Source: a virus (lineage: Duplodnaviria; Caudoviricetes). From it: DNA of 27,570 bases. Made by a program: the position numbers and the translations under genes. Location: the IMG/VR virus record IMGVR_UViG_3300020388_000687, positions 1 to 27,570 of that record; one strand, written 5' to 3'. Positions 25,006-27,570 of this stretch are shown here, in pieces (position 1 is the first letter of the stretch; each line of letters opens with the position of its first letter). The notes below the pieces were generated by a model that saw only the letters and a program-made list of their open reading frames with translations, made no database searches and was not told the origin of the DNA.

Positions 25006-25670
25006 AAAAATTTATTCTTGGTATGATGGTAGCAGTTTCTTTTGGAACTCCTGCTTTTGCTGATCCCAAACTCACCAAGGGTTTTAATACTATGGACGCA
25101 ATGGGGTGTATGCTACTTCGCGAATGCACCGATGGAGTCGATAAAATCGAGAGTATTGCAACTATTGTTAATGAGTATCCCAATACTAATTTTGATTCTG
25201 TTGCTGACGAGTTCAATACAATGCTCGTCGCTCTTGAGCAGGTCGGAGTTGGGGTGTTTTTAGCAGACCAGAAGTATTTTCCTAATGAGCATCGTGGTGT
25301 TTATCATACTGTTGGTAATAACTTCTTCCTGAATAAGAATTATATGGACAGCACCAATTATTTGATGCAAGTAATGCGTCATGAAGGGTGGCACGCTGCA
25401 CAAGATTGTATGGCAGGAACCATTGATAATAGTTTGATTGCTATCATTATGCCTGAAGATTCTGTTCCTATCATCTGGCGTGTGTTAGCAGAACGCACAT
25501 ATCCTAAGAATGTTGTGCCATGGGAAGCAGAAGCAGGTTGGGCAGGTCGAACTGAGCATATGACTATGAAAGCACTTCAAGCATGTGCTGCCGGTGAGAT
25601 GTGGAATGTTTATTCCCCAACTCCATTGACACGCAAGTATCTAATTAAAGAAGGTTATATTTCTAAATAA
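25002..25670 (+). CDS. Secreted zincin-like (HEXXH) protein
   Basis: Signal peptide MKKFILGMMVAVSFGTPAFA; RHEGWHAAQDC and downstream EAEA. Confidence 0.7.
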   Translation: MKKFILGMMVAVSFGTPAFADPKLTKGFNTMDAMGCMLLRECTDGVDKIESIATIVNEYPNTNFDSVADEFNTMLVALEQVGVGVFLADQKYFPNEHRGVYHTVGNNFFLNKNYMDSTNYLMQVMRHEGWHAAQDCMAGTIDNSLIAIIMPEDSVPIIWRVLAERTYPKNVVPWEAEAGWAGRTEHMTMKALQACAAGEMWNVYSPTPLTRKYLIKEGYISK

Positions 25671-25691
25671 AGATGCGTTGCTCCATACGGA

Positions 25692-26144
25692 ATGCCAGAG
25701 GAAGTTAAGACGGAAGAATCTAAAGAATCTAAAGATCCTAAGAAAAAAGGTATTCTTGGGAAATTAAAGGAAGCAGCAGATGATAAGGAAGAACAACTTG
25801 CAATTTTGTCTACTTTTGTCCGCCTTGGTATTCTTGTCTGGTCTGGGGGAATACTCACGTTGGCGTACATCAAACTTCCACCTGCACTCGGTATACCAGA
25901 GCAAAAACTAGACCCAACTTTTATTGCCAGTGTCTTTACCGGAGTTTTAGCAACCTTCGGGGTTCAGGCAGCAAAGAAAGCAGGAGAAGGTGGTGGTAAT
26001 GGTGGTGGTATAAGTAAAGCAGATATGGAAAGATTGATTGCTGCAGCAGCACAAACTGCACCTGCACAAACTATTCGTATTGAACAGGCACCTGTACAAA
26101 TAACACAGGCACCTCCAAAGTCCGATGAATCTTACAAGATGTAA
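25692..26144 (+). CDS. Two-TM membrane protein
   Basis: TMs ILSTFVRLGILVWSGGILTLAYI and FIASVFTGVLATFGV; CTAAATA late-like box at 25663-25669. Confidence 0.7.
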   Translation: MPEEVKTEESKESKDPKKKGILGKLKEAADDKEEQLAILSTFVRLGILVWSGGILTLAYIKLPPALGIPEQKLDPTFIASVFTGVLATFGVQAAKKAGEGGGNGGGISKADMERLIAAAAQTAPAQTIRIEQAPVQITQAPPKSDESYKM

Positions 26145-26146
26145 TT

Positions 26147-26722
26147 ATGGGTAATCAAAAATCGCCATTTAAGTGGGTAGTTCTGACAGTGGGGACACTG
26201 TTTGGGATTGCTCATATTGGTGTCTTGGGTCATTTGATTAATAATAAATCAATCAATTATCCAGATATTCATTTCCCAAATGGTGACTATTCATCTTATA
26301 ATGTTGAGGGTAATCGAGACGGGTATAGGATTGAATATAAAGCAAACGACCCTGCTATTTTAGAATCGAGTAGAAGTCTTCAACTTAATAAAGATAAGCG
26401 TGGTTGGTTTGGACCAACTACTGAAGATCGTCGTGAGTATCGCAGTGATCAATATACGATGGACGGCACCCGCAATATGGGAGGTGCAGTTGATGCTGAG
26501 GGAAAGTCCCTTGCAAAAAGCGAAGAGTGTATCAGGGCGGACGCTGGCGCACAGAGTCAAGGTGCGATGGCGGGAACCGCAGTTAGTGCTGGTCTAATCG
26601 TCCCTGCAGTTAGTGGTATTCCTTATATTGGATGGTTGGCATCTGGATGGGCATTGCTCTTAGGTAATAATGCAGGTTCAAAACTTGGTGCCGAAATTGG
26701 TTCTGTATTTAATGATTGCTAA
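26147..26722 (+). CDS. Membrane-anchored protein with C-terminal glycine-zipper-like region
   Basis: N-terminal TM; C-terminal GAMAGTAVSAG...GNNAGSKLGAEIG flanked by two Cys. Confidence 0.7.
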   Translation: MGNQKSPFKWVVLTVGTLFGIAHIGVLGHLINNKSINYPDIHFPNGDYSSYNVEGNRDGYRIEYKANDPAILESSRSLQLNKDKRGWFGPTTEDRREYRSDQYTMDGTRNMGGAVDAEGKSLAKSEECIRADAGAQSQGAMAGTAVSAGLIVPAVSGIPYIGWLASGWALLLGNNAGSKLGAEIGSVFNDC

Positions 26723-26898
26723 TGAATTTTGAATTAGATTTGGAGGATTATGCAATTATCCTCAACGCATTACACTACTATAAGAAGGTCGAGAAACGAG
26801 GAAACTTCAAACAGTATAATGAAGAACGCATCAATCAATTAAGAGATAAGATGGCATATCAACTAATACCATCTCCGAGTAGTGGTAATAGATTGTGA
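26722..26898 (+). CDS. Hypothetical protein
   Basis: TAATG-coupled start, 58 aa. Confidence 0.6.
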   Translation: MNFELDLEDYAIILNALHYYKKVEKRGNFKQYNEERINQLRDKMAYQLIPSPSSGNRL

Positions 26899-26972
26899 GT
26901 GCTGTATTTGTATTTGGATTTGTGATACTACTCACTATAGGAATGGAACTTACCTGGTCAGTTAAGAAATGA
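26895..26972 (+). CDS. 25-aa hydrophobic micro-protein (MSAVFVFGFVILLTIGMELTWSVKK)
   Basis: GTGA overlap at the start and ATGA overlap at the end; exactly bridges two genes. Confidence 0.5.
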   Translation: MSAVFVFGFVILLTIGMELTWSVKK

Positions 26973-27169
26973 ATTTATTATTACGTCCTCTTGATAATCC
27001 AGCTGATCCTGTATGGTCAGTGATCATCTGTGTGATACTTGCAGTCATAGGTGCATTATTTGTAATTATATACATACTAAGAGAAGCATTTGCTGAATTG
27101 GACAATGGCAGATCAAATCAACCAAAAAGACGCGAATCAGGACCAGCAGATAGCACTCCTAACACATAG
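26969..27169 (+). CDS. Single-TM hypothetical protein
   Basis: TM VWSVIICVILAVIGALFVIIYIL. Confidence 0.65.
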   Translation: MNLLLRPLDNPADPVWSVIICVILAVIGALFVIIYILREAFAELDNGRSNQPKRRESGPADSTPNT

Positions 27170-27377
27170 GATTGAAGATGCTGAGAAAACTCAAGAAGAG
27201 TTTCGTGACAGGATTCGTAAACTAGAAAGGTGGGTTTGGGGTGCTGGTGCCGTCATATCAGCAGCAATCACAATTATTGGTTTAGCAATGGCAGCAGATG
27301 CCAAGGAGATTACCTATGGGAGCAATGACACCACCAAGCAGGAAATCCTGCTACAACTTCCGAGTAACAGAGATTAA
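27105..27377 (+). CDS. Coiled-coil + TM protein (XhlA/holin-like architecture)
   Basis: RIEDAEK...RIRKLERWVWGAGAVISAAITIIGLAM; start at ATG 27105. Confidence 0.55.
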   Translation: MADQINQKDANQDQQIALLTHRIEDAEKTQEEFRDRIRKLERWVWGAGAVISAAITIIGLAMAADAKEITYGSNDTTKQEILLQLPSNRD

Positions 27378-27570
27378 TCGTGTTCTTGATGGCGATACTA
27401 TCGATGTCACTATTGACCTCGGGTTTGATCTATACAAGAAAGAAAGAGTTAGAGTTGCAGGAGTTGATACACCGGAGAAAAGGACGAAGAACTTAGAGGA
27501 GAAGGCACTTGGAATCGACGCAACCAACTGGCTCAAAGAGAAACTCGAAGGCACGTTGGCTGGTGATGAT
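27316..27570 (+). CDS. Thermonuclease (SNase-like), 3' truncated by window
   Basis: AAGGAG SD; manual translation contains RVLDGDTIDVTIDLGF and RVRVAGVDTPE. Confidence 0.88.
   Translation, partial: MGAMTPPSRKSCYNFRVTEINRVLDGDTIDVTIDLGFDLYKKERVRVAGVDTPEKRTKNLEEKALGIDATNWLKEKLEGTLAGDD

Noticed and set aside
25716-25742. Short tandem repeat GAATCTAAA
   Set aside because: Two to three copies encoding low-complexity ESKESKDPK; no sign of independent function.
2119-27554. Numerous 60-170 aa antisense or alternate-frame ORFs (e.g. 5469-5804, 10864-11289, 13922-14284, 21457-21957, 24402-24891, 27351-27554)
   Set aside because: They lie within well-supported genes, lack motifs or SD sequences, and are explained as shadow frames.

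Overview
This is a core-genome segment of a T4-like marine cyanomyovirus (Synechococcus/Prochlorococcus-type phage). Genes are densely packed and almost all on the + strand. Gene order: hsp20 (3' end); an accessory insert with a TGATAC half-site array, two hydrophobic micro-ORFs and a cyanobacterial-type glyA; two small paralogues; a UPF0489/arginase-like gene; gp43; uvsX; gp41; mazG; a DUF401-like transporter; tRNA-Ala(UGC); a PD-(D/E)XK-like protein; a HIGH-motif nucleotidyltransferase; late/virion-type genes; gp61; nrdA; nrdB; a head-internal-type protein; two minus-strand paralogues; a GIY-YIG endonuclease; a cluster of secreted/membrane proteins (lysozyme-like, HEXXH, glycine zipper); and a truncated thermonuclease. 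The most notable structure is a ~70-nt element (late-promoter box, conserved ATCGTCG(T/C)CGC leader, covarying two-tier hairpin, T-run) duplicated on both sides of glyA. The downstream copy also encodes a near-consensus sigma70 promoter. All product calls come from motif recognition by eye; no database search was run.
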